DNA from: a bacterium
GTDB lineage: Bacteria > Margulisbacteria > Marinamargulisbacteria > UBA817 > JABISL01
Direction of reading: 5' to 3'
NCBI GenBank assembly: GCA_018700055.1
Contig: JABISL010000050.1
Location: forward strand, 99,946-163,945
Length of the DNA: 64,000 nt
In this document: piece by piece, positions 28,822-38,822 of the stretch
Layout: the number at the start of each line of letters is the position of its first letter
Position numbering within the stretch: the stretch's first letter is position 1
The notes under the pieces: generated by a model
The model's database searches: none
What the model was told of the DNA's origin: nothing
What the model saw: the letters and a program-made list of their open reading frames with translations, nothing else
Made by a program: the position numbers and the translations under genes

Positions 28822-29655
28822 CTAACTATATCTGCGTCGTTTCCCTGCTGGTTTGTCCTCAAAACTTTCTTTTAAAGACTCTATTATAATCTTGATTACT
28901 TTTTTTTGATCTTCGGCAGAAATCTTCCCATAGGTCCCTTCTCCCGACAATATTTCTTTTGCTTGTTCTACAGTGTCCTCGGCAGTCATCGAGGGCATTA
29001 TCTCTCTCATAATCTGTGCTATTGCCGAATACGGTGAGACAGATCCAGCATAAGTCTTCTCGTTAAAGTTAAACAGTAAAAAACTTATCACTTCAGTATA
29101 TAAAGGGTGTCGGTAAGTCTCTGATAGGCTCCCCGAGTCAATAACAGCTTTTAAAAACTCCGAAACCTCTTCTGCATTCATATCCTCTATATATGGCGAA
29201 ACTCTGGCTTTACTTATATCTGTTACCAATTCAAACCTTTCTGTTTCACCAATCACCCCTAGTTCAATGACTACATTTAAAAAAGATTTCATTTCCATCA
29301 TTTTTTCGATCACTGTTTCGTGAGGTTCCCTCATCATTGCATCTAGCGCAATAAAAACAACTTCTGTTCCGTATTCCTTAAATACACCTTTATCAGTGAG
29401 GTCCTTCAGCAGTTCCCCCAAAAGGTCTATCGTGCCGACATGGTTTTCTATCAACTCAGAAAGAGACTCCCAGTCGGTTTCTGTTGGAGAACCCTCCTCT
29501 TCGCAGGGCGCATCTATATTAATTAGGCTCTCAAGAAATAATAACCACTCGTTTTCCTCTGAAGTATCATCTAAAGAATCAGCCGAAGACTTTGAGGAAC
29601 TTTGTTCAAATGCTATTACTTTATATAACGTTGTTATAGAAGAAAGATTTATCAT
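28822..29655 (-). CDS. Hypothetical acidic protein, 277 aa
   Basis: Long ORF. Strongly acidic (Glu/Asp-rich). No motif recognised. Confidence 0.5.
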   Translation of the reverse strand: MINLSSITTLYKVIAFEQSSSKSSADSLDDTSEENEWLLFLESLINIDAPCEEEGSPTETDWESLSELIENHVGTIDLLGELLKDLTDKGVFKEYGTEVVFIALDAMMREPHETVIEKMMEMKSFLNVVIELGVIGETERFELVTDISKARVSPYIEDMNAEEVSEFLKAVIDSGSLSETYRHPLYTEVISFLLFNFNEKTYAGSVSPYSAIAQIMREIMPSMTAEDTVEQAKEILSGEGTYGKISAEDQKKVIKIIIESLKESFEDKPAGKRRRYS

Positions 29656-29770
29656 AATATTCGTCCTTTTATTAATTTTCAGTACATATTAAGTATTTTA
29701 TATCTTATTTTACAATTATTTAGTCTTTTATACACTTATTTTATTAGTCGCGATTTTTCAACCAAAACTG

Positions 29771-29822
29771 TCACCCTCTTTTTTGAAAAGTTTCTTAATG
29801 TCGATTTTTGAGGCAAGGGTGG
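29771..29822. repeat. 52-bp direct-repeat copy 1 with 7-bp inverted termini (ccaccct..agggtgg) and an internal cttttttgaaaag palindrome
   Basis: Exact duplicate of 29909..29960, seen in sequence. Confidence 0.8.
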
Positions 29823-29908
29823 GCGGATTGCATTAGATTCACTTCGTTCTCAACGAAGATGAATCACGGAATCCCGAATCAAGTTCGATGATTCCTCAAC
29901 TAAAGCTG

Positions 29909-29960
29909 CCACCCTCTTTTTTGAAAAGTTTCTTAATGTCGATTTTTGAGGCAAGGGTGG
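29909..29960. repeat. 52-bp direct-repeat copy 2
   Basis: Identical to copy 1. The period is 138 bp. Confidence 0.8.
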
Positions 29961-29975
29961 CACCTTTTAGCCTCA

Positions 29976-29988
29976 GGTGCCTGGCACC
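29976..29988. promoter_or_regulatory. 13-bp perfect palindrome GGTGCCTGGCACC upstream of the addB-like gene, followed by a TATATATA box
   Basis: Seen in sequence. Candidate dimeric-regulator operator. Confidence 0.3.
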
Positions 29989-30032
29989 CTGGCTTTCGAC
30001 TATGTAGAGTTTTATATATACTGAGTACGCTC

Positions 30033-32699
30033 ATGACTACAATAACCACTAATACCACTCACTCCGTCCAATTATCCAATTTAAGGACATCCATATGGAC
30101 ATTGTTTCGTCCCTTACTAACACCCAATAGTCTGATTATTGTGGGGTCGTTGGCGCAAAAAAATCACTTAACACAAGACTGGTTAACTCACACTCCTGAT
30201 GCCGCTTGCCCCGATATTGTTACCTTGGATGATCTCGTGGTCTCTCATCGAGCCAAACCATTAATTACTCAAGAAGGCCTGGCCAAATGGGCCCTAAAAA
30301 CAACCTTGTCCGAAATCAAACCTCAAACGATCCCCTTATCCATTTGGAAATCAAGTGGGTTCGGCATGACTATCTTTCAGTATATCCGCCAAAGAGAGCG
30401 TTATGGGGTTACCACCCCTAGTGATTATCCCGAAATTGAATCCGCCATTCAGGCGTTTGGGCCGGCCAAGAAAAAGGTCGGGTTTGAAGATATCCAAGAC
30501 TATTATGTTGAAAGCCTTTCTGCTGATTCCGCGTATTGGCAAAAATTTGTATCGAACCGGCCGTTAATTTTGTTCGGGTTCTTTGATGTACCTCAAGCGA
30601 TGCGGCAATTTATGGCGCTATTAAAGGAAGCAGCACCTCGTTCGGATACCTTTGTTATGGATACACTCCCCACCGTATTCGACACAGGTCATGTATCCAT
30701 CACTAAGTACCCCAATCCCCAAGAAGAATGGCATGGGGTTGTGGCACAGCTTAAGGACTTGGCTCATTCGGGAGCGGCTTTGTCTGAGATCACTGTTATT
30801 CTTCCCGATCTGCAAGACTCACTATTGGCCCTAGAGCCACTACTTCAGCATTATGGAATACCCTATACATTGCCCGTAGGAAAAGCCCTTCTGGACACGG
30901 GTCTAGGGCAATGTTTTCGAGACTTTTTATCGGTCGTTCAATTCCAAAATGTCGCAGCGGTTACCCGTTTCTTTCAATCGCCGATCATTCAAGATAAGCC
31001 GTTAGAAGACCGTCAAAGCGGTCTGTTTTTGGCCCAAATATCTCGTATCGTAGATCAGCCAACTCCAGGCACATTTGCCTCGGCTATCAAAGAAACCTTC
31101 CAATATTGGGTCTCAGAAGACACAAGGTCTCAATGGCGCGCCGAATGGATCGTGTGTAATGGGGTGATTGAGGAGTATGAGCAGATATTTGGGAATCAAC
31201 GAATGACCCATGAGGCGCGCGTCTCAGCCCTGCAAATGGTCTATGCCGATGTCCGTGTTAATGCGCTAGATGTAGTTCAACCGGGGGTAAAAGTGATGGG
31301 TCCACGTGCGGCATTTGGCGCCCGAACAACTCACTTACTCATGCCACGATTCACCGCAACATCTTGGGGAATCAAAGACACCCAAACGCTATTTATGTCC
31401 CCTGAGTCTGCCAAATCTGTTGGTATTCCTGGGCTCATCGATCGCTTACGTGATCACGAAATGATATTCGCGGCATTACTGCATTCGGCTAAACACGTTC
31501 ATGTTTCGTATCCCAAAAAATCAGGGGATGGGCCTATTGTTCGTCATCACTACTGTGATCAATACCTGTCTAATCTCCCCATTCAAGAAGGGAGAGGAGT
31601 TGATAAACGTTTCTCAGGACAACTTACTCTTGCTGCCTCTCGACCCGAAGGGATCGATGTCATTAACGTGGCTTATCCTACAGAACTACCTAGTCTCAAT
31701 CATCAACTTCAGGCCAATGACCTCCGTCAAAAAGGCGGCCTTACCAACCCCTATACAGGCTATGTTCCGGATGCCAGTCCCTCTCAACCCAATCCCGTCT
31801 ATCGACACTCTCCTACCGAACTCGAGCTCTATCAACGTTGTCCTCAACGGTATTATTTACAAAAAGTCTTGGGCGTAAGATCACCTAAAAGAGATGCCGA
31901 CTTGGACCTTCAAAGTGTTTGGGGATCCGTAGTGCATCATTTTTTTATGACCCTCTTTCGGCAACGTATTGCGATTAATCGCGATACACTTCCTGCCATA
32001 CATCAGGTCGCTCAAGACTCTGTCAAAAGCTACTCCAAACGTCCCAGTATGGCTGCCCTTTTTTCAAATTGGTTCTTAGGACTGGGCGAACAAACCGGAT
32101 TAATTGAGCAGTTGATCACTGGCTTTGAAGGCCGGCCTTACCCAATCGATCAACTCACTGCTGAGACCCCATTCGGAGAAGAAGGCTCTGAGTGTGCAAT
32201 AGCGCTTCCGAATGGATCCATCGTAGAATTACATGGACAAATCGATGCCGTTCTTGGCGATTCCAAAGGGTTTATTATCGTGGATTTCAAAACGGGAGAA
32301 TCCGTTCCCAAGCTAAGCGACGTCAAATCAGGAGCGAGTTTACAGCTGCCGTTATATCTCTTGGCCTATAGTCGAATCACGCCCAACCTTGAGCCATTAG
32401 GCGCAATGATCTATCAGCTACATCCCATTAAAGGAGTCAGAGAACACCTCTATATAAGTACCAAAGAGGCCAAAAAAGAAGTCTTCGAAGCGGGACGAAA
32501 ACAGCCCCAATTATTGGATGATCAATGGGAATCTGTTTTGCTCCATCAATTATCTAAATGTGTAGACTCGATTCATTCCGGAGCCTTTTCCCCTATGGCA
32601 TGGCCTGAATTGGAACCGGTTCGTAAATCCGCTTGTAGCTACTGCCCTTATTCCAGCGCTTGCCGCTATGACAAGCGATTCGAAGGATTCCGTCTCTGA
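30033..32699 (+). CDS. addB: AddB/RexB-like helicase-nuclease subunit (RecB-type nuclease plus 4-Cys Fe-S staple; no Walker A)
   Basis: C-terminal PD-(D/E)xK nuclease motif (GQIDAVLGDSKGFIIVDFKTGE) flanked by Cys (CPQRYY ... CSYCPYSSACRY), as in AddB. The start was chosen at MTTITTN (30033). Confidence 0.65.
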   Translation: MTTITTNTTHSVQLSNLRTSIWTLFRPLLTPNSLIIVGSLAQKNHLTQDWLTHTPDAACPDIVTLDDLVVSHRAKPLITQEGLAKWALKTTLSEIKPQTIPLSIWKSSGFGMTIFQYIRQRERYGVTTPSDYPEIESAIQAFGPAKKKVGFEDIQDYYVESLSADSAYWQKFVSNRPLILFGFFDVPQAMRQFMALLKEAAPRSDTFVMDTLPTVFDTGHVSITKYPNPQEEWHGVVAQLKDLAHSGAALSEITVILPDLQDSLLALEPLLQHYGIPYTLPVGKALLDTGLGQCFRDFLSVVQFQNVAAVTRFFQSPIIQDKPLEDRQSGLFLAQISRIVDQPTPGTFASAIKETFQYWVSEDTRSQWRAEWIVCNGVIEEYEQIFGNQRMTHEARVSALQMVYADVRVNALDVVQPGVKVMGPRAAFGARTTHLLMPRFTATSWGIKDTQTLFMSPESAKSVGIPGLIDRLRDHEMIFAALLHSAKHVHVSYPKKSGDGPIVRHHYCDQYLSNLPIQEGRGVDKRFSGQLTLAASRPEGIDVINVAYPTELPSLNHQLQANDLRQKGGLTNPYTGYVPDASPSQPNPVYRHSPTELELYQRCPQRYYLQKVLGVRSPKRDADLDLQSVWGSVVHHFFMTLFRQRIAINRDTLPAIHQVAQDSVKSYSKRPSMAALFSNWFLGLGEQTGLIEQLITGFEGRPYPIDQLTAETPFGEEGSECAIALPNGSIVELHGQIDAVLGDSKGFIIVDFKTGESVPKLSDVKSGASLQLPLYLLAYSRITPNLEPLGAMIYQLHPIKGVREHLYISTKEAKKEVFEAGRKQPQLLDDQWESVLLHQLSKCVDSIHSGAFSPMAWPELEPVRKSACSYCPYSSACRYDKRFEGFRL

Positions 32700-35692
32700 T
32701 GCAACTTACTCAAGCCCAACAAGATTCCTTATTATTGGACAAGCCTATTCTAGTTGAATCCTGTGCGGGATCTGGCAAAACAACGATGTTGGTTCAGCGC
32801 ATTTTAAAGATACTCAGAGAAAACCCTGATATTCCCCTGGATACTATTTTGGCGATCACTTATACCAACAAAGCTGCCAACGAAATGCTACAGCGGCTGC
32901 ATGAAGCTGCGCTTGCGGAAGGGACTGACTCGCCTCTATATCACCGGGTAGTCTCTCAGTTGGGACGCTCCTCGATTGGGACGATTCATTCCTTTTGTTT
33001 TCGAATCGCGATGGCCTACCCTTTTGCGTTTGGTTGTTCGCCAATGGCTCAGATAATGGATGAGAGTCAGCGCCAATGGGCGATTCAAAAATCACTGGAT
33101 CATGTGATGGATACTCCCAACCCTTCGGAATCCCTCTCCCAATTATTGTTCTATTGGAGCCCTCGACAATGTCGTAGACATCTACGCACCTGTTTTGATA
33201 ATGCCGACCTGGCATTGAAATGGCTGGCGGACCCGGTGGGATTAGCTGTTCCTACTGCTCCCGTTACAGAAGTAGAAGATGATGAAGCCGCTACCGTGAT
33301 TGCTGAAACGTTACGTCGGACCTTATATGGCGTGTTTGAGAAATGCTGGACCCATTATACGTCGCTTAAAACTCGTAATGAATGGCTAGACTATGACGAT
33401 TTAATCCAAGGCACAGAGCGCATGCTTGCTACTAACCCAACGATTTGCAACGAGCTACAGACCCGATACCGATTCATTCTCGTGGACGAGTTCCAAGATA
33501 CCGATTCTGGCCAATGGGCCATTATTCAATATTTGTGTAAGTATGATGGTCACGATTCCAAGCTCTTTTTGGTGGGGGATCGAAATCAATCCATCTATTC
33601 ATTTAGAGGGACACACCCTACTCTATTTAAGGATATCCGGCAGTCTTTTTCACAATCAGATGCTCGCGTCATCGTTGCGAATGACAACTTTCGGTCTAGC
33701 GCGGCATTGCTCTCCTTTTTAAACCCTTTATTCCAAACACTATTTGATGATGCCTCGGAGCCATTCCATCCGTTGATTGCTCACAAACCTATTGAATCGG
33801 GATCAGGTCCTGTTTTTGCTGTTTTTCCATCTGAAACACCTTCCACTATGGTTGACCAAGCGCATTTCATGGCGCAATGGATTCTTACGAATCAGACGGC
33901 ACATCCCGATCGGGATTGGTCTGACTACGCGATTCTAATGCGGCGGCGTAAGGGGATGACGCTTATTCAGGATATCTTTGGCCAATACGGTATCCCGGCT
34001 GTTGTTCATGCCAACTCTAGTTTATTTGAACGCGATGATATTCAAGATTTAGTTCACGTGGCTCAATTATTAGTTGAACCAGAGTCCAACTTATCATGGA
34101 TCACCGTACTACGTTCTCCTTTATTCGGAGTAAGTGATGCTGGTATATTTGCATTACAAACCCATTTTTCCGATCGGCCCTGGATGGATATCCTCTTAGC
34201 TATTCCTGAGCTGACGTACGCCGATTGGTCTCAAATTGATGTCTCTGAATTGGATCATGACCTATTACGAGTGGCCGCATCTCGTTTAAATACACTTCGA
34301 AAACAAGCCCCCTCTATGCCATTATCCAAAAGTATCCGAAACCTACTCTCTCACCAAGGCGGCTGGTTGATATACACTCAAATTCGATCCGATTCAAGTC
34401 AGGCTATCGACCGGCTATTGGTCTTGTTGGATCGCTATGCCAATGATGGATCTCTGGGCTCTGACTCACTAATTGATTACTTGGATCGATTGGCCGACTA
34501 TGTCACCGTCTCCAACTCCGATAATGAAGATGCTCAGCAAGGCGTTCAGCTTATGACGATCCATAAGTCTAAAGGACTCGAATTTCCTGTAGTCCTACTC
34601 CCGGAGCTTGAGACTGGGTTCCAATTTGGAGATACGGATACGTTGGCCTTCTCCCATGCAAATGGGGTGGCTATTAATCCGCCTGTCGCATCTGGCAAAA
34701 ACACCCTTCGTGAATCATTTAAAATGGCTCAAAAAGAGAGTGTTCTGGATGAGGCCAAACGACTCTTTTATGTAGCTTGTACACGTGCCCAAGAACAGCT
34801 GGTATTTGTAAGTAAAGAACCCAAACGCGCCAAACCTTCTTTCTATCATTTCCTTACTGATAACGCCGACAGATCCATTGAAGACGGCACTATCTCTTTT
34901 GCCTTTTCAGAGCAACCCCAATCCTTCCCCTGTACAGCTTCCCTACCCGATCGATCTCTTGGTCGTGACACATCGCTAGGACAGCCTTCCCCCAAACCCA
35001 GCCCAGACTTAATATCTGTTATTAAGCCAAACACCTCACTTACGCCATCTGGGCCCGTGACTATTTCTGTGTCTGACGTAGCCTCTCTGATAAACTCACC
35101 TGAAACGTTTTTTGAGAGTCGTTCCAAAGCCTCGTTTCAGTGGACCCAAAACTCCAGTAAGCCGGATTATACATCGGCGACATTTGGTTCATTGGTTCAT
35201 AGTCTGATTCATCGCAGTATCGTTATGGGGTGGCCGCTCTCTAATGCGGACATTGATCGATTCTGTGACCGCTATGGCGTACCTCGTTCCGATGCGGCCC
35301 ACCAAGATGTCCAAGCGCATTTGGCACGGGCCTGGATGGCGATAGAAATACCCCTTGGCCAATCCCATTGGTCAGTAAGTGAAGGCGGGGTCACTTGGGG
35401 ACAATCTAATCTCATTATAAAAGGGCGTGTAGATTTGGCTTGGCATGATGAAACTACCCTGACTATTACGGATTTCAAAACATCCAAGGGGGGGGCAAGC
35501 TTGGAGCGATATCGTACTCAATTTGCCTGCTACGCATTGGCGTTTCGGAATCAGTTTCCTGAGTTATCACTGGCGATAAAAGGACAGTTGATCCATACCA
35601 ACACTGGGAATATTGACTCGATCCCTTTTTCGAATGAGACACTCGATCAGTTTCAGTCTGAGTTAATGACAAATTGGCAAGCTGCTCAGTGA
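32699..35692 (+). CDS. addA: AddA/RecB-like helicase-nuclease (UvrD-like SF1 helicase plus C-terminal RecB nuclease)
   Basis: Walker A CAGSGKTT, motif II LVDEFQDTD, and C-terminal nuclease motif GRVDLAWHD..ITDFKTSKG. Confidence 0.8.
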   Translation: MQLTQAQQDSLLLDKPILVESCAGSGKTTMLVQRILKILRENPDIPLDTILAITYTNKAANEMLQRLHEAALAEGTDSPLYHRVVSQLGRSSIGTIHSFCFRIAMAYPFAFGCSPMAQIMDESQRQWAIQKSLDHVMDTPNPSESLSQLLFYWSPRQCRRHLRTCFDNADLALKWLADPVGLAVPTAPVTEVEDDEAATVIAETLRRTLYGVFEKCWTHYTSLKTRNEWLDYDDLIQGTERMLATNPTICNELQTRYRFILVDEFQDTDSGQWAIIQYLCKYDGHDSKLFLVGDRNQSIYSFRGTHPTLFKDIRQSFSQSDARVIVANDNFRSSAALLSFLNPLFQTLFDDASEPFHPLIAHKPIESGSGPVFAVFPSETPSTMVDQAHFMAQWILTNQTAHPDRDWSDYAILMRRRKGMTLIQDIFGQYGIPAVVHANSSLFERDDIQDLVHVAQLLVEPESNLSWITVLRSPLFGVSDAGIFALQTHFSDRPWMDILLAIPELTYADWSQIDVSELDHDLLRVAASRLNTLRKQAPSMPLSKSIRNLLSHQGGWLIYTQIRSDSSQAIDRLLVLLDRYANDGSLGSDSLIDYLDRLADYVTVSNSDNEDAQQGVQLMTIHKSKGLEFPVVLLPELETGFQFGDTDTLAFSHANGVAINPPVASGKNTLRESFKMAQKESVLDEAKRLFYVACTRAQEQLVFVSKEPKRAKPSFYHFLTDNADRSIEDGTISFAFSEQPQSFPCTASLPDRSLGRDTSLGQPSPKPSPDLISVIKPNTSLTPSGPVTISVSDVASLINSPETFFESRSKASFQWTQNSSKPDYTSATFGSLVHSLIHRSIVMGWPLSNADIDRFCDRYGVPRSDAAHQDVQAHLARAWMAIEIPLGQSHWSVSEGGVTWGQSNLIIKGRVDLAWHDETTLTITDFKTSKGGASLERYRTQFACYALAFRNQFPELSLAIKGQLIHTNTGNIDSIPFSNETLDQFQSELMTNWQAAQ

Positions 35693-36252
35693 CGGCTCTT
35701 TATCTGACCTCGGATCAACGTAAATGGGTGATTGTTTTTTGTGGGGTACTATTGGTGGGTGCACTGACTATCACACTAAGAACATGGTTTACCCCTATCG
35801 TTCCCGAGGTGGTTTCTACCCCGCTTGTTGCACCCAATGACTCTACTCAGCCAATGGTTTGGGTACATGTCGCTGGTGCCGTACACCATCCGGGTGTTTA
35901 TACCGTATCTCCCAATGCCCGTGTACTAACAGCTATTCAACTGGCTGGAGGACCCTCTCCCGCAGCAGATCTCGATGCTATCAACTTAGCCGCTCGGGTC
36001 AAAGATGGGCAACGCCTGCTAGTTCCTAGTTTGAGACCACAAGGTGCTGAGTCCGGTACCGCCAGCGCTTCTATCAATCAGGGTAGCGCCTCGTCTCTTA
36101 CTCAGATTAGTGGCATTGGGCCATCAATGGCGAATCGAATTGTGGCCTACCGTAATGCAAATGGGGCCTTTCAATCTGTTGATGATTTGGTAAAAGTCAG
36201 TGGTATTGGACCCAAAACGCTAAGTAAACTCAGAGACCAAATTCGCTTATAA
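35674..36252 (+). CDS. comEA: ComEA-family DNA-binding competence protein (SLBB plus tandem helix-hairpin-helix)
   Basis: C-terminal HhH motifs (LTQISGIGPSMANRIV, LVKVSGIGPKTLSKL). N-terminal TM/signal anchor. Confidence 0.75.
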   Translation: MASCSVTALYLTSDQRKWVIVFCGVLLVGALTITLRTWFTPIVPEVVSTPLVAPNDSTQPMVWVHVAGAVHHPGVYTVSPNARVLTAIQLAGGPSPAADLDAINLAARVKDGQRLLVPSLRPQGAESGTASASINQGSASSLTQISGIGPSMANRIVAYRNANGAFQSVDDLVKVSGIGPKTLSKLRDQIRL

Positions 36253-36543
36253 TGGGTCGGCTGGATACTCTTTATTGGGATCAAGGATTCGTTTAATGAT
36301 TAATGTCTCTCCATCCAAATCAATCTCAAATCGTTTATCTACCCAATTGATCAACGGAAAGCCCATGCGCTCATCATAGAGGTCGATAGCCAAGTCTTTT
36401 GGAATAATTAAGGCACCTATACGAGTGTCTTTTTTGGCCTTCACGTGTTTTTGGTCCGCGTCCAAATCAAATAAATCTGCAAATCCAGTGTTCATAGGAG
36501 TATTATAGCGCAAAGTGGTTGGGATACGAGGGATTTGATACAC
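36247..36543 (-). CDS. Hypothetical protein, 98 aa
   Basis: ORF only. Confidence 0.3.
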   Translation of the reverse strand: MYQIPRIPTTLRYNTPMNTGFADLFDLDADQKHVKAKKDTRIGALIIPKDLAIDLYDERMGFPLINWVDKRFEIDLDGETLIIKRILDPNKEYPADPL

Positions 36544-36550
36544 TGGGTCC

Positions 36551-37537
36551 GTGAGTTTGCGACGTATAATTTGTGGGATGGCTATCGGGGTCTTGATGGG
36601 AACTGTTCCTGTAACCTCTAGCTCAACACAGCATGTTCAAACTATTGTATTTGAACATTACTTCACCTCTGATAATGGCACAATCGGTATGGGGGGATTC
36701 ACTTTTGATACCTTTCTCAATGACTCATTATTCTATCGACTGTCTGTTCTGGAGGCTGTCGGAGGTGTTAATCGTGCAGGTTATGCAGTGGCTGGATTTG
36801 GGGTTGGTTGGCTTACACCAGTCGCTCCGCGCTGGAATTGGACGGGCGCACTGGAAGTCGGTGCTGGTGGTGGCGGCCATTTAACAGAAGGTACCGGGGG
36901 GGGATTATCATTCAAATATCAAACCGGACTCCACTATTCCATCAACCCAGAATGGGGATGGGCCGTCTCAATGGGTTGGCTAGATTTTCCTGATGGGACA
37001 CTCCATACACCAATAGTAAGCACAGGTCTCACTTGGCGCCATTGGGATTACCGCAACACTGATACTGATGCTGTTCCGAAGGAAGCTATCAAAAGTGTTC
37101 AAGTCCTTACGCTTGACCACAAATCCTTTATATACAATCAAGATTCCGGCGAAACCATTTCGTTGATTGGAGGTCGCTTTCGCAAGTTCATCACGCCGAC
37201 CATCTATTGGGGGGAAGCTGGATATGCGGCTATAAGCGGCAAACGTCATGGCTATATTGAAGGCGCACTTATCGGAGGCATTCGGTCTATATTTATGGAC
37301 CGTTTGGTCTGGGACCTTGGGGTTGGCATAGGGGCAGGTGGAGGGGGCGGGGACTCAAGAGAAGGGGACGGATTAATGGTTCAGACTTATGCGGAACTGG
37401 GTTATTCCCTTACAGATCGTTGGGCGCTGTCGTATCAAGTCGGCACGATGTCGTTTGTGAATGGGGACATCAACAGCACCGTTTCGGGACTTAATTTGGG
37501 ATACACCCTTTGGTCTGTTCAAGGCGCAGCTAAATGA
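36551..37537 (+). CDS. Glycine-rich secreted protein containing two copies of a ~130-aa module; putative small beta-barrel/outer-membrane protein
   Basis: Signal peptide. Internal duplication. Aromatic-Gly alternation (GYAVAGFGVGW..VGAGGGGHL..GWLDF). Confidence 0.55.
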   Translation: MSLRRIICGMAIGVLMGTVPVTSSSTQHVQTIVFEHYFTSDNGTIGMGGFTFDTFLNDSLFYRLSVLEAVGGVNRAGYAVAGFGVGWLTPVAPRWNWTGALEVGAGGGGHLTEGTGGGLSFKYQTGLHYSINPEWGWAVSMGWLDFPDGTLHTPIVSTGLTWRHWDYRNTDTDAVPKEAIKSVQVLTLDHKSFIYNQDSGETISLIGGRFRKFITPTIYWGEAGYAAISGKRHGYIEGALIGGIRSIFMDRLVWDLGVGIGAGGGGGDSREGDGLMVQTYAELGYSLTDRWALSYQVGTMSFVNGDINSTVSGLNLGYTLWSVQGAAK

Positions 37538-38028
37538 AAATTATCTCACTGGCACTAATCTTTTCTGCCTCGATTTTACTCACTCCTTTAATAGGCACGG
37601 AACGCCATATTGAGCATTTTTATTATGAAAATTATTTGGGTGATAACCAAGGCCTAACCGGGTTAATTGGGTATTATCATGACACCTATATAAGCCCCCA
37701 TGTGTACTTCACTGTGGGAACGGCCTGGGCCACAACTGGGTTTCATGGCGGATATGGGACAGCGGCATTAGGTCTAGGGTATTCGGCGCCATTAAATGCT
37801 GACCTGGAATGGGACGCTAAGGTTATGGTCGGCGCTGGCGGACACTTTTTAATTGAAGCGGGCGGCGGAATTTTGACCCAGTGGCAAACAGGGCTACGCC
37901 ATCGTTTAGCAGATCATTTTTATGGAGAGATTCGCTACGGTGGGCTAAATTACCCGAATGGAAACTACTCTGTGAATACACTCAGTTATGGTGTTGCTGT
38001 AGATTACTCGGTATTAACATGGAAATAA
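37534..38028 (+). CDS. Single-module paralog of the preceding glycine-rich protein
   Basis: Signal peptide. Clear homology to each module of the 328-aa neighbour (VGAGGHFLIEAGGGILTQWQTGL). ATGA start/stop overlap with the upstream gene. Confidence 0.55.
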   Translation: MKIISLALIFSASILLTPLIGTERHIEHFYYENYLGDNQGLTGLIGYYHDTYISPHVYFTVGTAWATTGFHGGYGTAALGLGYSAPLNADLEWDAKVMVGAGGHFLIEAGGGILTQWQTGLRHRLADHFYGEIRYGGLNYPNGNYSVNTLSYGVAVDYSVLTWK

Positions 38029-38822
38029 GCACCGAAGTCATTATTCGATTGGGCGGATTTCTTACTGTGTTGATTGGCATAAGTATTTTGGAATTGGTTT
38101 TTCCAAGACAGACTAGAAAACCACATCATTGGCGACGGTGGTGGAACAACCTGGGACTCTCAACGTTTAATTCACTCTTGATGCGCTTTGTATTCCCATG
38201 CGCTGCTGTTTGTACCGCTATTGTTTGTGAACAAAAGGGAACTGGGTTGTTTTATCAGATTTCTGTTTCGAGCTGGGTCCATATAGGTGTTTCTTTATTA
38301 CTTTTAGATCTCGCTATTTATTGGCAGCATGTCTTAGTACACAAGGTGCCATTTCTTTGGCGATTCCATAAGGTTCATCATGCGGACACCTTTATGGATG
38401 TGAGTACGGGAACGCGTTTCCACACCATCGAGATATTAACATCTATGGGTCTAAAGCTAATCCTTGTCGCCTTAATCGGCGTAGCCCCCATTGGGGTTTT
38501 GCTTTTTGAGTTGGGGTTAAACTTAGGTGCCATGTTTAATCACAGTAATATTCACCTGCCGTATTGGATAGACCGTGTTTTGCGTTTGATTATCGTAACA
38601 CCAGACATGCATCGTATTCATCATTCGGTTCATCGAGCTGAGCATGACAGCAATTACGGATTCAATCTGTCGTTGTGGGACTATTTATTCCGTACTTATA
38701 CGCCTGCACCAAAAGAAGGGCAAGAAAAGATGGCCGTTGGTTTGCATAAATATCGAAGTCATCAGTGGATGAGTATCTGGCCATTATTTACATTGCCCTT
38801 TCGAAAACCCGATTCTGAATAA
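38019..38822 (+). CDS. Fatty acid hydroxylase / sterol desaturase superfamily membrane protein
   Basis: Histidine boxes (HKVHHAD, MHRIHHSVH). Four TM helices. The start was chosen at MEISTEV (38019), because the upstream part of ORF 37881 lies inside the previous gene. Confidence 0.65.
   Translation: MEISTEVIIRLGGFLTVLIGISILELVFPRQTRKPHHWRRWWNNLGLSTFNSLLMRFVFPCAAVCTAIVCEQKGTGLFYQISVSSWVHIGVSLLLLDLAIYWQHVLVHKVPFLWRFHKVHHADTFMDVSTGTRFHTIEILTSMGLKLILVALIGVAPIGVLLFELGLNLGAMFNHSNIHLPYWIDRVLRLIIVTPDMHRIHHSVHRAEHDSNYGFNLSLWDYLFRTYTPAPKEGQEKMAVGLHKYRSHQWMSIWPLFTLPFRKPDSE

Noticed and set aside
29771-29960. Possible CRISPR-like array (identical repeats separated by a unique spacer)
   Set aside because: There are only two copies. 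The repeat is 52 bp and the spacer 86 bp, both outside typical CRISPR dimensions, and no cas genes are nearby. It is better explained as a duplicated regulatory element or small repeat.
37881-38018. GTG-initiated 5' extension of the fatty-acid-hydroxylase ORF
   Set aside because: It overlaps the upstream glycine-rich gene. The hydrophobic N-terminus of the enzyme begins at the ATG at 38019.
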